The position numbers and the translations under genes are program-made. Shown one piece after another: positions 41,701 to 49,847 of a DNA stretch of 64,000 bases (position 1 is its first letter; the number at the start of each line of letters is the position of its first letter). The stretch spans positions 5,201 through 69,200 of IMG/VR virus record IMGVR_UViG_3300037517_002612; one strand, 5' to 3'. Source of the DNA: a virus. The notes beneath the pieces are model-generated. The model had not been told where the DNA came from. It made no database searches and saw only the letters and a program-made list of their open reading frames with translations.

Positions 41701-44700
41701 GGGCCAGAAAAAACCTCACCATCACAAAGGGAGGTAACCCACAAGCCCTACAAAGCAAAGAAGGGATAATCGGTAAAAGTAAAAGGCTTGAGGAACAGTT
41801 GAAAAGAGAGTACCAAAAAACTCTTACCAAGAAGTTTATGCCATATATAAAGAAGATGAAACCGCAGGAAATGACGAACTTCTTTAATGACGTAAACTTC
41901 TATCTTACAAACCCAGATATTGTATCATTAACCGGAATGCCGGATGATATTATACAGTCAATTATAGGATTGAGACAACTTATCAATAAAACAACCAACG
42001 CATTCTTGGGAGTAATGAACCCAGATACATATATTCCTCACATCGGAACAGACCTAAACCTGTACCTTACAAATAACTTTGAAGTATTAAGAAGGTCCGA
42101 GTCTGAAATATCTGCGTATCAAGTACAGGAATCAAAAGAAATTCTTGACCTAAACGATACACTTCAGTCATTAAACTTAGATCAAAAATTTTCAACATTA
42201 AAAGACAAAGCCGCAAAGCTTAAAGCAGAACTAAAGGATCTTGACAAATACGTTGAAGACCAAGAAGTAAAAGACAGTATAAAAGACCTTCTTAACAGTG
42301 AGCAGGTGATGGAATCTGGTAAGCTATATAACTACGTACAATACCTTATAAAAGAGAAGTACAGCGCAAAAAGAGAGATAGCAAACCAAGAGCTTTACAG
42401 TAACAGGATAACCGAGATTGACTACAATAAAACAGATCAAGGCTATGATATTACAGTAGTTCACGCAGACGGCAGAACCCAACAGATGATATTGCAGCCC
42501 AACGAAGTTAAGATACTCTTCAAAGAAAACAGAGCAGCGACCATCTTTAAAACGGAGTCCGGTAATATTGAAGTAGATCTTGAAGAAAACTTCGTCCTCC
42601 AAAATAATGCCCTATACGAAAAACTCCAAAAGGATAAAGAAAGATACGTCACTAGAGCCTTCTATAAATACGAAACCCCTGAGTGGTGGAAAGCTAACTG
42701 GGAAACATACCTTAACGAGCATGTAGATGAACAAGGAAGAGTAATGTATGACGTTGCCGCTAATTGGGTAAAGAAAGAACTTGAAACCTCTAGAGTACGT
42801 CAAATGACCATCCAAAAAGGAGGGGCTAAAGGTAAAGACGGCTACTACACTTATACTGCTACCAACGCAAAAGGAGTACAATCAGAAGGAGTATTAACCG
42901 AGTCCCAATTTGAATTCTTAAACGAAGCCAACGGAGGCTTTATTAAGCCTACAGACTTCGAGAAAATAAAGAAAGACCTTAAAAGTGGAGTGGAGCAAAC
43001 CTTCGGTGGAGAACTTGACGATCAGAAAATGTTTACAGGATGGGGCAAAGAACAGTTCATTATACCGTTTAGCGTTTCAGATAACGTCGTAAACCAAACC
43101 ATGAAGAACCTGGCTACCGGATCAAACGTTCAAACAAACTTCTTTCAAATGGGTGCCGACATTGATAAGTTCAAAGGCGACATTTTAAAAAGAAAACAGG
43201 AGATCCCAGAAGAACTTAAATACATCTACGGTGAGATAACAGACCCAAGCCTTACTGTATTTAAAACCTTAATGGCTCAAACGCTTGCTATCAATAGTTA
43301 TAATACATTTAACACCATAGCAACAGAGAACGGATTATTTACGGACAACCCAACCGGAATGATTAGTATGTATGCCATGACTCAGGAAGAGTATGAAAGA
43401 TATGAAGGGTTAAGACCGTCAATCAGAGAGGAAATGATACCGGTAGATGGAACCAAACTATTTATGGCAGGTGCTAAGAATAACGGAACCATATATCTTA
43501 CTAAAGAGGCGCATGATATATTCTTCCCAGAGCCAGCTAAAATAAATAACAGTATAACAAGACTGTATTTTATGTTGGCCTCCATAATTAAATTTACCTA
43601 TACGAACCCAAATATTGCGTCTCGTAGTAGGAACGTACTTTCCAACCAAATAGCTTATTACAGATCAGGTGCATTAAACTTCAATCCACTTAAACCTGGA
43701 GCAAGCTATAAGCATATGTTGGACGCAGTTAATGTTATCTACTCAGACTTTACAACCAAAGAACAGGCCGTATCTGGATTTATGGATATACCTACCACCG
43801 TTCAGAGAGCATTAGGATTAGTAAGACAAAAAGCCAAAGGCATGACACAAGCCGAGCTTATTGAACTTAAAAACGAGGTAATTGAACTTGGACTTGACGA
43901 AGGATCATTAGACTCAGCAGATTTCGAAAGGTTACAGGAAGGCAGTATCACAGAAATGCTTGCCGGCTACAAAGAAACAAACACTAAAAACTGGATAAAG
44001 AAACGTGAGGAGAAATTAAAAGCCGGAGTAAAAAGAGTAACAAAAGGCTACGGAGCAGCAGATACAATTCTACGTACAGCCATATACTTCAGAGAGAAGG
44101 AAATGCTAATGAAGGCCAATGAAGAGTATAAGAAAATGGGTAAACAAGAAATACCCATAGCCCAACTTAAAAAAATGGCAGCAGAGAAAGCTATACGCAT
44201 CACCCCCGTTTATTCGCGTCTTCCAGAAGTCGCCAGAACCCTTGGAACAATTCCTGGAGTTGGAACTTTCTTTAAATGGTCCGCTTCTCAGTTTAGAGTA
44301 ACCTACAATCAATTTGTAGACGCTACCCAGGAAATGCAAAGCGACAATCAAGTTATTCGAAGAAACGGATGGAGGAAGTTTGGATCATACGCAGGTATGG
44401 CTATGGTAGGTCCAGTTATCGCTGCGTTAATGAAAATGAAATACGACATCGACGACGATGAGGAAGAGGCAGTCAGAACCGTTGATCCATCATGGTTAGA
44501 GAATTCATTATGGATACCGCTTGATAAGCCAATCATTAACGAGAATGGAAACGTAGAAATACGTCGTATAAACTTCTCATTCGTTGACCCATCATCTATG
44601 TGGCACCAAGGAACAATAGCATTCCTACGATCAGATAACGCGGTAGAAGGAACTATAAATGGACTTGGACAATTAGCAGCACCTTTCGTTGGATCCGACA

Positions 44701-45272
44701 TCCTATTAAATACGTTATCAGATATAAATAGAGGAGAGAACGATTACGGAGCTCCATTGTTTAAAGCGTATGATAGCAAGAACGAAAAGATAATGAAGGG
44801 CACCGGATATTTCCTTGAGAAAATGGTAGCACCAGAAATCAAGTCAGTAAAAGAACTTGGAAAGGATTGGAGAACAGAGGTTCAAAACTGGGCATTCGGA
44901 GTTAAGATAACACAGAAAGAGGTAAATAAAACCTTCAACGCTAGGATGAGAAAGATTGAGGAAGTATTTAACAGCCTTGAGTATGATCGCAAAAAGGAAA
45001 GACTTAGTGAAAATGATTATATTTCTAAGAGCCAAGATAACTTCTTAAATGCTAAAAAACTTATAAACTCAATGATAGAACTTGGTGCAAGCCCAGTAAA
45101 TATTTATAACGAGTTAGACTTCTTAAACATAGGAGACGAAAAAGAGGGAGGCTTTACAAAATATTCTTTAGGGTTTGACCGTTTACAAACAGAAGGAGTT
45201 GGTAAAGAGAAGATAGCAACAGAAGTAACCTATGATCCAAACAGACAATGGCAACCAAAACTACTGAAGTAA
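32718..45272 (+). CDS. giant ejection / large polyvalent protein (4184 aa)
   Basis: GKTHEKGG motif, central G/A-rich hydrophobic segments, HxR...EQQSD domain, zincin-like AHEMTGH and IEEFAH, KRKQEIPEELKYIYGEI, LPD38-like C-terminus. Confidence 0.75.
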   Translation: MARPIPVSNKKARQWNEFLLDFNNAAAAELPLDANGKPNYSLLDDNKPFGTYSGGQDFYTKQFNKFKQKNNYTAADDVSEADFPKLQLLFTDIYNTVQQDQTPYKAFFDDKQAKLLSAFNGDPNTFNPNRSARDKETGEGWIGRDTRFFFIPMEDGPLTGSSGKHMILPESFDEGDLDQSGNPIYQKNPKRDIGGTFYKFEDGGMIEGKEEEEEEDDDEMEESPEHEASEETLESKNGIKEIADDTYKVIGKTHEKGGVKTKINGKNVEVEKGEIIDMTTEDGIVLSNNLQLAEFDNKTPAKLYEEILAEEKKYEGDNRNWVKNKLAFLAEKKSKIIALQQERNGNQSTTMAENGTIVPAPEPGGGEVDPPKKKRLFYTPDNVLYEVAEDKVAKHADILKNAVEYTEEKPEGYSNPTKFYEKNGVVVAVPQDKLYAATEYVKSQFGVQDLTDIKELYLANTGQKKNKDVQSIYEDTDAKFSKNTGIFGANTQVDLNEVGASEQDLFNYDKALNDYTSFIKKIPRTEGQPTAYNEILETGYLDKLYPNDIDLLKDASRKMRDEDNELVGKKFINDLQLEKDDIIKEYKIQTSATGWMYDIEGNITKTKEFRDHLDRKLNASTIEIDGKKIDFQSMPGSQKEEIRNYVIGNYNTVQDLKKSQDHIAWLTDPNPTGDKEADDIKLKQQQAIFNKTGVDITTLHDEGYWMKMIDGFKKKADSINQEYANLASKLPYTIKEDLAPLKTQYEFDDNQLTQTGLQELELLKKDLQFQLDNGQIDEESANKKLDEAFTGLEVKRTEMFNQYNRDLNQKAQLKIQAATETLKLKFEAEITEGLKEFGLDGTDVIKNAENYNKLLMWEFGNIQTDQMVRLQNEATRLVDYKGDWEQIKNNLNRGTLQMFEGLGGGIKWLGGYEMGNIMTDAMDEYNATNPQQQVQWDGIESLMNKDWWIERGVTTIPSTLMFVLPGIGISGAAGKTAAAIGLEGLEASLFQGFAGALATRPLESFIEAGTQFNTDLENGMNVDEASDRAASVFTDNLKLIFTDGLQLGLAFTKFGKLSGIKAGLIKMPIEAIMEGSEEVYQELAVEKLDNPYATFLSYIASPAGQETFALGALMATPYALPDIVSISSGKTNQQQFGLLMDMIGDPNNMDVRYSQILNQAEVQVARGSMTQTEFKQLQAKAEFVLSKNRDIPIDLAPEVRKGVLYKLADIADANNVINASQDPTIQNTYKDKIKELEKGVKELIAGKEPMYFINNAMYTKEEFNEVLSNDVVMQSLADQNTPIEIFNDDTMSTALEERMAEFRVDQEKVFNAVQNYVPEIQTEEVALTTEEDVTKASVLEDTKESSVGVGGDVEFTAKALEGVIKDKVKTPNDIPNTMGTHLQNLTDGSWLIRDGDKSKEWVDLVNNGIKEIENIFSVIPFSEKTKSILKEIKEKVANDNYDISKEVSNLSEATKKEFYRGGEGWGVKEISEAYHKAKADGSNPELVKAVEQSLKKEPTALTPTKTKEASTKTQQTNVTNQNKTINNENIQEKQLDEKSTVAIPKTQTTTIQGGPEEIARNTAKREEIKQSLKDLRDQGLLVTADKSLLAKAKKLVGKSSAPVKMTDAEIDAQISLLDSMAKVWKDTTGKDNFYDKFIADVKKGDITALNKMGGALFQEAESTRKPTSRVTLGVFNEPQFVKMEGQSVNPQSISDFIKGKGKQIEKDIINQVLSYDKYKGQKRIPFDEFKNDVELQLMKLEKIKSSSYATYGKDNLGYNEDYGNAETIILNTPLDHGETGHFSGDFISSQVENKNWEVKQLGDTNTWAAVDKDMPAGTTAQDIQNYVGTAGSKAEVERWVNQRNQEKDINKGLFGHLRAWFNKSTKVFTLAEQQSDVYQKHKASELFAEKIPQDEIDEYMNREIWAPMHAKYLQELKEHTGFTTVVNKEDRMVYIYDNKGNQIGSAAFRDNPSPGYKVGEVEEAQLFTSTVQGIYEYSDFIKDFKDRYDEERNSLKHKEQQYISKRVEEAKASGKIDLIQQQFIASQKVHELRLFREAINYAAELGAETLRFPTPYTLAVIEGYVDKSGEGNAPYDIIDGDSDGLDVGDIIDYGGEKMRVVESNSYDFKAISFDESWEVNVDDYIYEEVNNRWSEIEYEAKRHFDNLSAITKEELESYSADEWMAYHAKDLLEAEFEELEDGETVSWDDIENKLREEIQDNYSRMDYDDLFGGYGGVWDLGYGRVVVSESRGYETFNQPDGYSGDSSEEGFENDLSREQQTVVNKYKELGKLIEKMRPDATIVEDDNGMKWIETKITDEDASNPIIAFQKEGGKAKAAVDFINDNKATIYIFDGADISSLAHEMTGHLGRRFLESLAKESPAFAKEYNTVKKWAGVKGDKWSTRAEEKFARAFERYLREGISPTKELQSVFSKLKEWLSSIYKSIKGSSIDVELTDEIREVFDSILGGRKDKVEATPTPKKTGKAVVKTQIGPASKKTTSTKEIPVKGGYKWTQSPEGKWTMVDKEGNPHKLGDRSMNNYERQLVDKLIENDEFDTKQNSIKSDVADPEIISEIELSTNPNELLKTINNAKEYMETLETSPEGVALEMLQAGVKRGSFVEYGDENLISESIVRTYDLKKGSGTTLDNISQYLEGKGVIMSESDLVDLMTTYPGGIKQFLNGEVPALKAAEGRLSELGINYAYALKKLYPKSFRTTQKGSSTQDFPDVPFSKGNQKTVGKQFGKEMQKLLNALRAGAPNIKVNFVTDEFLLGLKMEANKYLNITNNSGIPIGAYNPKTGEIYYNEKSLDPGTAIEEFAHMWLHVLKEVKSDIYNKATELIQATQFFRDIVNSEEYGQSPLFIQRNEAIAKAMRAKTEDMVNQTGLKKVIGQIMDLIKELLSKLGINASTLNLNSTLEDIINKGSKELIANRPWTLTDSINLMGKNARAEEIISINYQLSEDAKLPSGDPNKFTKEELKEINDRLAELTDKGANKDVNVTNASVIRLMKTPTKVSEWARKNLTITKGGNPQALQSKEGIIGKSKRLEEQLKREYQKTLTKKFMPYIKKMKPQEMTNFFNDVNFYLTNPDIVSLTGMPDDIIQSIIGLRQLINKTTNAFLGVMNPDTYIPHIGTDLNLYLTNNFEVLRRSESEISAYQVQESKEILDLNDTLQSLNLDQKFSTLKDKAAKLKAELKDLDKYVEDQEVKDSIKDLLNSEQVMESGKLYNYVQYLIKEKYSAKREIANQELYSNRITEIDYNKTDQGYDITVVHADGRTQQMILQPNEVKILFKENRAATIFKTESGNIEVDLEENFVLQNNALYEKLQKDKERYVTRAFYKYETPEWWKANWETYLNEHVDEQGRVMYDVAANWVKKELETSRVRQMTIQKGGAKGKDGYYTYTATNAKGVQSEGVLTESQFEFLNEANGGFIKPTDFEKIKKDLKSGVEQTFGGELDDQKMFTGWGKEQFIIPFSVSDNVVNQTMKNLATGSNVQTNFFQMGADIDKFKGDILKRKQEIPEELKYIYGEITDPSLTVFKTLMAQTLAINSYNTFNTIATENGLFTDNPTGMISMYAMTQEEYERYEGLRPSIREEMIPVDGTKLFMAGAKNNGTIYLTKEAHDIFFPEPAKINNSITRLYFMLASIIKFTYTNPNIASRSRNVLSNQIAYYRSGALNFNPLKPGASYKHMLDAVNVIYSDFTTKEQAVSGFMDIPTTVQRALGLVRQKAKGMTQAELIELKNEVIELGLDEGSLDSADFERLQEGSITEMLAGYKETNTKNWIKKREEKLKAGVKRVTKGYGAADTILRTAIYFREKEMLMKANEEYKKMGKQEIPIAQLKKMAAEKAIRITPVYSRLPEVARTLGTIPGVGTFFKWSASQFRVTYNQFVDATQEMQSDNQVIRRNGWRKFGSYAGMAMVGPVIAALMKMKYDIDDDEEEAVRTVDPSWLENSLWIPLDKPIINENGNVEIRRINFSFVDPSSMWHQGTIAFLRSDNAVEGTINGLGQLAAPFVGSDILLNTLSDINRGENDYGAPLFKAYDSKNEKIMKGTGYFLEKMVAPEIKSVKELGKDWRTEVQNWAFGVKITQKEVNKTFNARMRKIEEVFNSLEYDRKKERLSENDYISKSQDNFLNAKKLINSMIELGASPVNIYNELDFLNIGDEKEGGFTKYSLGFDRLQTEGVGKEKIATEVTYDPNRQWQPKLLK

Positions 45273-45391
45273 ACAGAGAAAACTACGTCCCATCAAGACA
45301 TATCCACCGCTTCCAAATAATTAGAAAATCAGCAGAAGATGGTACTCCTAAGTGGAAGTGTAGATGCGGGATGATAGTAAAAAGCTCCTAA
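45248..45391 (+). CDS. 47-aa putative Zn-binding protein (not in ORF track)
   Basis: MATKTTEVNRENYVPSRHIHRFQIIRKSAEDGTPKWKCRCGMIVKSS; HxH...CxC. Confidence 0.45.
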   Translation: MATKTTEVNRENYVPSRHIHRFQIIRKSAEDGTPKWKCRCGMIVKSS

Positions 45392-45465
45392 AAACGTATG
45401 GGATAATTATTTATTGCACAAACCATTAATTATATTATTTTTGTAGCAATATATTATTCCATAAT

Positions 45466-46479
45466 ATGATTGTATCAATATTCACAGTGGTGAGAAAAGG
45501 GACTCAGTCCTTTGACCCCGCAAGAAAGTACATGTTCAACGTAGGAAGACTCGGTGGAGCTTCTGAAGTATCGGACTATGTAACGCAGCTCCTATTCCAA
45601 GGCACAGCCCTGGCTTCTCCTCCACAGGGGATTCAAGTTCAAGGTGGTTTTGAAACCATCCAAAACTCTATCGAAGGTTCAGTAAACATGGACAACACGT
45701 TCACTATTACACCTAACTACATTAACAACGTCGCCAATTCAAACCCAGTATCAATTAAGAGTGGAAACATTCTTTACGGTATCGAGTCTGGTGCAAACGT
45801 ATTGTTATTTGTAGCAAACACATTAAACGTTTTAACCCCAACAATGTACCAGATTAACTCTACTACATTGGAGGCTCAAACGTTATTCTTAAACAACTTG
45901 TCTGATAACATTAACTTTACAGCGACCTTTACCACCGAAACGCTATCAAGCCAATCAGCTACTTACAGCGTTAATCAGGCAGTTAGTTTACAACTTCAGA
46001 AGTCTACTGGAGAAGCTTGGGTGCCTATTTCAGCAGCATCAGCTACAGCAGCCGGTACAGGAACAAAAGTATTCAATTTTGATATTGGAGACTTAGTTCT
46101 TAATGACCTTATGAGGATTGTTGCTATCAGAGGTGATGGTACTACAGTTCCAATTGTAAACGGATTATTTGCTGGAACCGGTGGTTCTGCATCTGGATCT
46201 GGAACTCCTGGAGATTGTACTATGTACGCATACTTCGATGGCGGTGGATGGGATAATACCTTGAAATCACTTAATGTTGGTGCTACTTGTAGCCAAGGTT
46301 ACAATATCCAAATTGCAAGCAAGGCTTCTTTCGAAGAGTCTTCTATCGTTGAGGATATCAACACCGACGCAACAATCATACAGTTGTTAGACCTGCCAGC
46401 AGGAACTTACTACGCAAGAGTAGGTAACCTTGGTGGACAAACAGCGTTCTCTTCTGTATTGACTTTCGTTAATTCATAG
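45466..46479 (+). CDS. virion structural protein with C-terminal Fn3-like domain
   Basis: YNIQIA...LPAGTYYARV...FS; own promoter (45436-43) and terminator; MCP-like codon bias. Confidence 0.6.
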   Translation: MIVSIFTVVRKGTQSFDPARKYMFNVGRLGGASEVSDYVTQLLFQGTALASPPQGIQVQGGFETIQNSIEGSVNMDNTFTITPNYINNVANSNPVSIKSGNILYGIESGANVLLFVANTLNVLTPTMYQINSTTLEAQTLFLNNLSDNINFTATFTTETLSSQSATYSVNQAVSLQLQKSTGEAWVPISAASATAAGTGTKVFNFDIGDLVLNDLMRIVAIRGDGTTVPIVNGLFAGTGGSASGSGTPGDCTMYAYFDGGGWDNTLKSLNVGATCSQGYNIQIASKASFEESSIVEDINTDATIIQLLDLPAGTYYARVGNLGGQTAFSSVLTFVNS

Positions 46480-46498
46480 ATTAATTGTTTATAAAGGG

Positions 46499-46528
46499 AA
46501 ACCCGATCAGTAATGGTCGGGTTTTTTT
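46499..46528 (+). terminator. intrinsic terminator
   Basis: AAACCCGATCA/TGGTCGGGTTT + T-run. Confidence 0.8.
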
Positions 46529-46598
46529 ATTGCAAAATATTTGCTATAATTGCACAATAATCGGTAAAAATATCGTTATAGCTTAAAACAAATTCAAA

Positions 46599-48191
46599 AT
46601 GATAAAAGACATACACTTCGGGGAAGAAGGAAGAAAAGAAGTCCTAAATGGCATAGACATCGTTGTAAACGCAGTTAAAACATCACTTGGGGCCGCAGGA
46701 AAAACAACCCTCATCGGATATGGATATGATGGACTTGTAGCAACGAAAGACGGAGTATCAATTGCTCGTGCTATAATGGTAGCAAACCCACTAACAAACA
46801 TGGGATGCTCATTAGCAAAAGAGGTATCCGGAAAAACAGTAGATGACTCTGGTGACGGAACAACTACTGCAGCCATCCTATTTCAAGCAATTGTTCATGG
46901 CGGTGTAGAAGCAATCAACAAAGGAGCCAACTCTGTTGAGCTTAAAAAAGGCATTCAAAAAGCCGTTGAAATGATAGTCGCCCATTTAAAAACGTTATCC
47001 AAACCAATTGACAACGTTGAAACTCTTATCCAAATCGCATCCATCTCAGCAAACAATGACGAAACAATAGGCAAGCTAATAGCCGAAGCCGTAGATTCAG
47101 TTGGAAAAGACGGACTTGTTATCGTTGAGGATAGCAAGAACCACGAAACCTTTGTGGATACCATAGAAGGTATGAAGTTTGACAGAGGTTTTGCGTCTCC
47201 AACATACATCACAAACCGAGAAAAAAATCGTTGTGAATTAGAAAACCCATTAATTCTTGTTACCGATAAGAAATTATCATTGGTAAAAGAGGTTCTTGAT
47301 TTTATCCAACACGTAAGCTCAAAACACCCAGGCAAACCACTCTTGATTATTTGTGATAACATCGAAGGTGAAGCACAGTCTTTCTTTGTTGAGAACAAAT
47401 CGAGAGGAGTATTAAACGTATGCGTGGTTAAGGCACCTGAGTTTGGAACAAACCGGACCAGAACCCTTGAGGATATTGCAATCCTTGTTGGAGCAAACTT
47501 TATCTCTGATGAGAAAGGCATGCTTGTAAATAAAGCTCAAGACAAAGACCTTGGTAGAGCCGAAAAGGTTATTGTAGATAAAGACTCTACCCTAATTGTA
47601 GGGGGTAAAGGAAACTCTTTATCGGTTGATGAAAGATGTAACTCCATAAGAGTTGCTATCGAGGAGTCTAAAAACGAAACCGAAACAACCCAGTTAAAAA
47701 CAAGACTTGCTAAAATGCAAGGTAAAATCGCTGTATTAAAGGTTGGAGCAATTACCCCTACCGAGGCAAAAGAAAAGAAGGACCGTATTGACGATGCCCT
47801 TTGCGCAACACGAGCAGCCAATGAAGAAGGCTTCGTTGTTGGTGGTGGAATGGCATTAATGGAGTGCTCTGACATTGATTTATTAGTCATACCAGCAGGA
47901 GATCAATATGAGGGAGCTTGTATTGTTCGTGAAGCATTAAGAGCACCATTTAAGCAACTATTAACAAATGCCGGCATCGAACCAGCACCAGTCTTAAAAG
48001 AATTAGCAGCCACAGAATATGGAGTTGGATTCAATGCTAAAACAGAAAAGGTTGAAAACCTATTCGACTCTGGAGTAATCGACCCTACAAAAGTAGTTAG
48101 ATGCGCCCTTGAAAATGCAGCCTCTATTGCTGAAATCTTCCTTACTACCGAATGTGTTATTAGTGATCCAACACCTAAAGACTTAAAGTAA
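46599..48191 (+). CDS. groEL: chaperonin GroEL
   Basis: TKDGVSIA, GDGTTTA, EGMKFDRG, KDRIDDAL.ATRAA, GVIDPTKV; lacks the GGM tail. Confidence 0.97.
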   Translation: MIKDIHFGEEGRKEVLNGIDIVVNAVKTSLGAAGKTTLIGYGYDGLVATKDGVSIARAIMVANPLTNMGCSLAKEVSGKTVDDSGDGTTTAAILFQAIVHGGVEAINKGANSVELKKGIQKAVEMIVAHLKTLSKPIDNVETLIQIASISANNDETIGKLIAEAVDSVGKDGLVIVEDSKNHETFVDTIEGMKFDRGFASPTYITNREKNRCELENPLILVTDKKLSLVKEVLDFIQHVSSKHPGKPLLIICDNIEGEAQSFFVENKSRGVLNVCVVKAPEFGTNRTRTLEDIAILVGANFISDEKGMLVNKAQDKDLGRAEKVIVDKDSTLIVGGKGNSLSVDERCNSIRVAIEESKNETETTQLKTRLAKMQGKIAVLKVGAITPTEAKEKKDRIDDALCATRAANEEGFVVGGGMALMECSDIDLLVIPAGDQYEGACIVREALRAPFKQLLTNAGIEPAPVLKELAATEYGVGFNAKTEKVENLFDSGVIDPTKVVRCALENAASIAEIFLTTECVISDPTPKDLK

Positions 48192-48565
48192 TGGGAATAC
48201 AAGAATTCTTAGAAAGCAAAGGTGCCTTGTTCCATATGGATGAGAAAAGCATGGCTAAACTATACCCTCTTATTGAAGAGTGGAAAACAATGCCATCAGG
48301 AAAAATTCAACCATTATACGACAAAGTAATGGTTGAGCTAATCGAAGGAGACTTAATGGTAGGTAATATTCACCTACCACAGTCCTCCCAAGAGAAGCCA
48401 ATAAGAGGCTTAGTAATTGCAGTAGGTCCAGGTAAAGACGGAGAGCCAATGAGTACAAAGGTTGGTGACATTGTTCTATTTGGGAAACACGCAGGTACAG
48501 AGGTTGATATTGATAACAAGACGTATAAGTTAATGAGGGAAATAGAGATATTCGCTATCGTATGA
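48191..48565 (+). CDS. groES: co-chaperonin GroES with N-terminal extension
   Basis: IQPLYDKV, I.LP.SSQEKP..G.VIAVGPG, KVGD.VLFGK.AGTEV. Confidence 0.92.
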   Translation: MGIQEFLESKGALFHMDEKSMAKLYPLIEEWKTMPSGKIQPLYDKVMVELIEGDLMVGNIHLPQSSQEKPIRGLVIAVGPGKDGEPMSTKVGDIVLFGKHAGTEVDIDNKTYKLMREIEIFAIV

Positions 48566-49845
48566 TGAAAGAAATCGAACCGGTAATTGAGTCGCTGCCA
48601 GGATGGACGTCCATCAAGAAGGCAAACCAGCTTTATAATCTAATAAAGGATACCAAAGCACAAGTTAGCGTAGAACTAGGATGCTTCGGACTTAAAGCTG
48701 GATTAGCTATGGCATCGGCTCATAAAGAGGTTGGTGGCATGTATTATGGCATAGACGCATACGACAAAGAACCCTGTTTATTAGGTGCCGGAAACCCAGA
48801 CAACGATCAGTATTGGTCAGAGATGGACTTTATTGGTGTACACTACGAAGCATTAAGAGCAGTAGAACAGACAGGATTAAAAGAATGGGTTAACATCATT
48901 AAGCTACCAACAGAAAAAGCCGCTTCAAAGTTTAAAGCGATTAACGTTCTTTACATCGACGCAAATTTCACCACCGAGGAAACAGAAAAAGATATTCACA
49001 ATTATGCTGCGCTTGTAACAAAAGAGGGCTATGTAGTTGTTAATAACTCAAATTGGGCTACAAAAAGAAGTGCTAAAAGAATACTCGAAAGCTATGGGTT
49101 TGACTTCGTAGGAGAAGATAAAGACGATGACGGTACCCAGTGGGCATTCTACCAACGACTGAAAATTGCGTCTCCCCCAAAGATAACACCTATCACAAAA
49201 ACCCAAGATAGAATAGATCAGGTAGTAAACTCACTCGAAGGATGGTCCTCTACTAAGCAGTGCCAAACATTATACAACCTAGTAATACAGTCTAAAGCTA
49301 AAGTAAGTATTGATTGTGGAGTATTTGGTGGACGCAGTTTATTTGCCATGGCCCTTGCTCATAAAACAATGAACCAAGGAAAATGTTTTGGGATTGATCC
49401 ATGGTCGGTAGAGGCTTGCTTAGAAGGAGAGAACCCAGACGGCAATGACGAGTGGTGGGCAAACAACGTTGACTTCAAAATTATTTTCACCGGTGTATTA
49501 GAAATGCTTATTAAGGAAGACCTCACCGAATACTCCAATATATTGCGTTTCAAATCAGAAGAAGTATGCCACCTATTTAGCCGCATAGACGTAATATTTA
49601 TAGACGGCAACCACTCAGAAGAACTATCCTGTAGAGACGTAGCTAACTTCGCCCCATTGGTAGTACCTGGAGGCTTCATAATGTTCGATGATATTAAGTG
49701 GAAAGAAACAGCGAAGGCCCAAGACTTAATCTTAAACTACGGGTTTATAGAAATCATCAGTTGCGAAGATCCGGTAGATGGGTATTGGAAAGTCTACCAA
49801 AAATTACCAGACACAACAAGAATAATCGAAGAATCAAAATACTAA
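48562..49845 (+). CDS. tandem class I SAM methyltransferase (two Methyltransf_24-like domains)
   Basis: VELGCFG/YGIDAY/YIDAN and IDCGVFGG/GIDPW/FIDGNH repeats. Confidence 0.8.
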   Translation: MMKEIEPVIESLPGWTSIKKANQLYNLIKDTKAQVSVELGCFGLKAGLAMASAHKEVGGMYYGIDAYDKEPCLLGAGNPDNDQYWSEMDFIGVHYEALRAVEQTGLKEWVNIIKLPTEKAASKFKAINVLYIDANFTTEETEKDIHNYAALVTKEGYVVVNNSNWATKRSAKRILESYGFDFVGEDKDDDGTQWAFYQRLKIASPPKITPITKTQDRIDQVVNSLEGWSSTKQCQTLYNLVIQSKAKVSIDCGVFGGRSLFAMALAHKTMNQGKCFGIDPWSVEACLEGENPDGNDEWWANNVDFKIIFTGVLEMLIKEDLTEYSNILRFKSEEVCHLFSRIDVIFIDGNHSEELSCRDVANFAPLVVPGGFIMFDDIKWKETAKAQDLILNYGFIEIISCEDPVDGYWKVYQKLPDTTRIIEESKY

Positions 49846-49847
49846 CC

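Noticed and set aside
43147-43172. QMGADIDKF in the giant protein resembles the crAss RNAP G.DFDIDK motif
   Set aside because: It has only two of the three Asp residues, and it sits next to the KRKxIPxE motif of non-RNAP ejection proteins, so it is not called as RNAP
45285-45405. Short complementary segments suggesting a small RNA after the giant gene
   Set aside because: The stems are only about 6 bp, and a 47-aa ORF explains the region better
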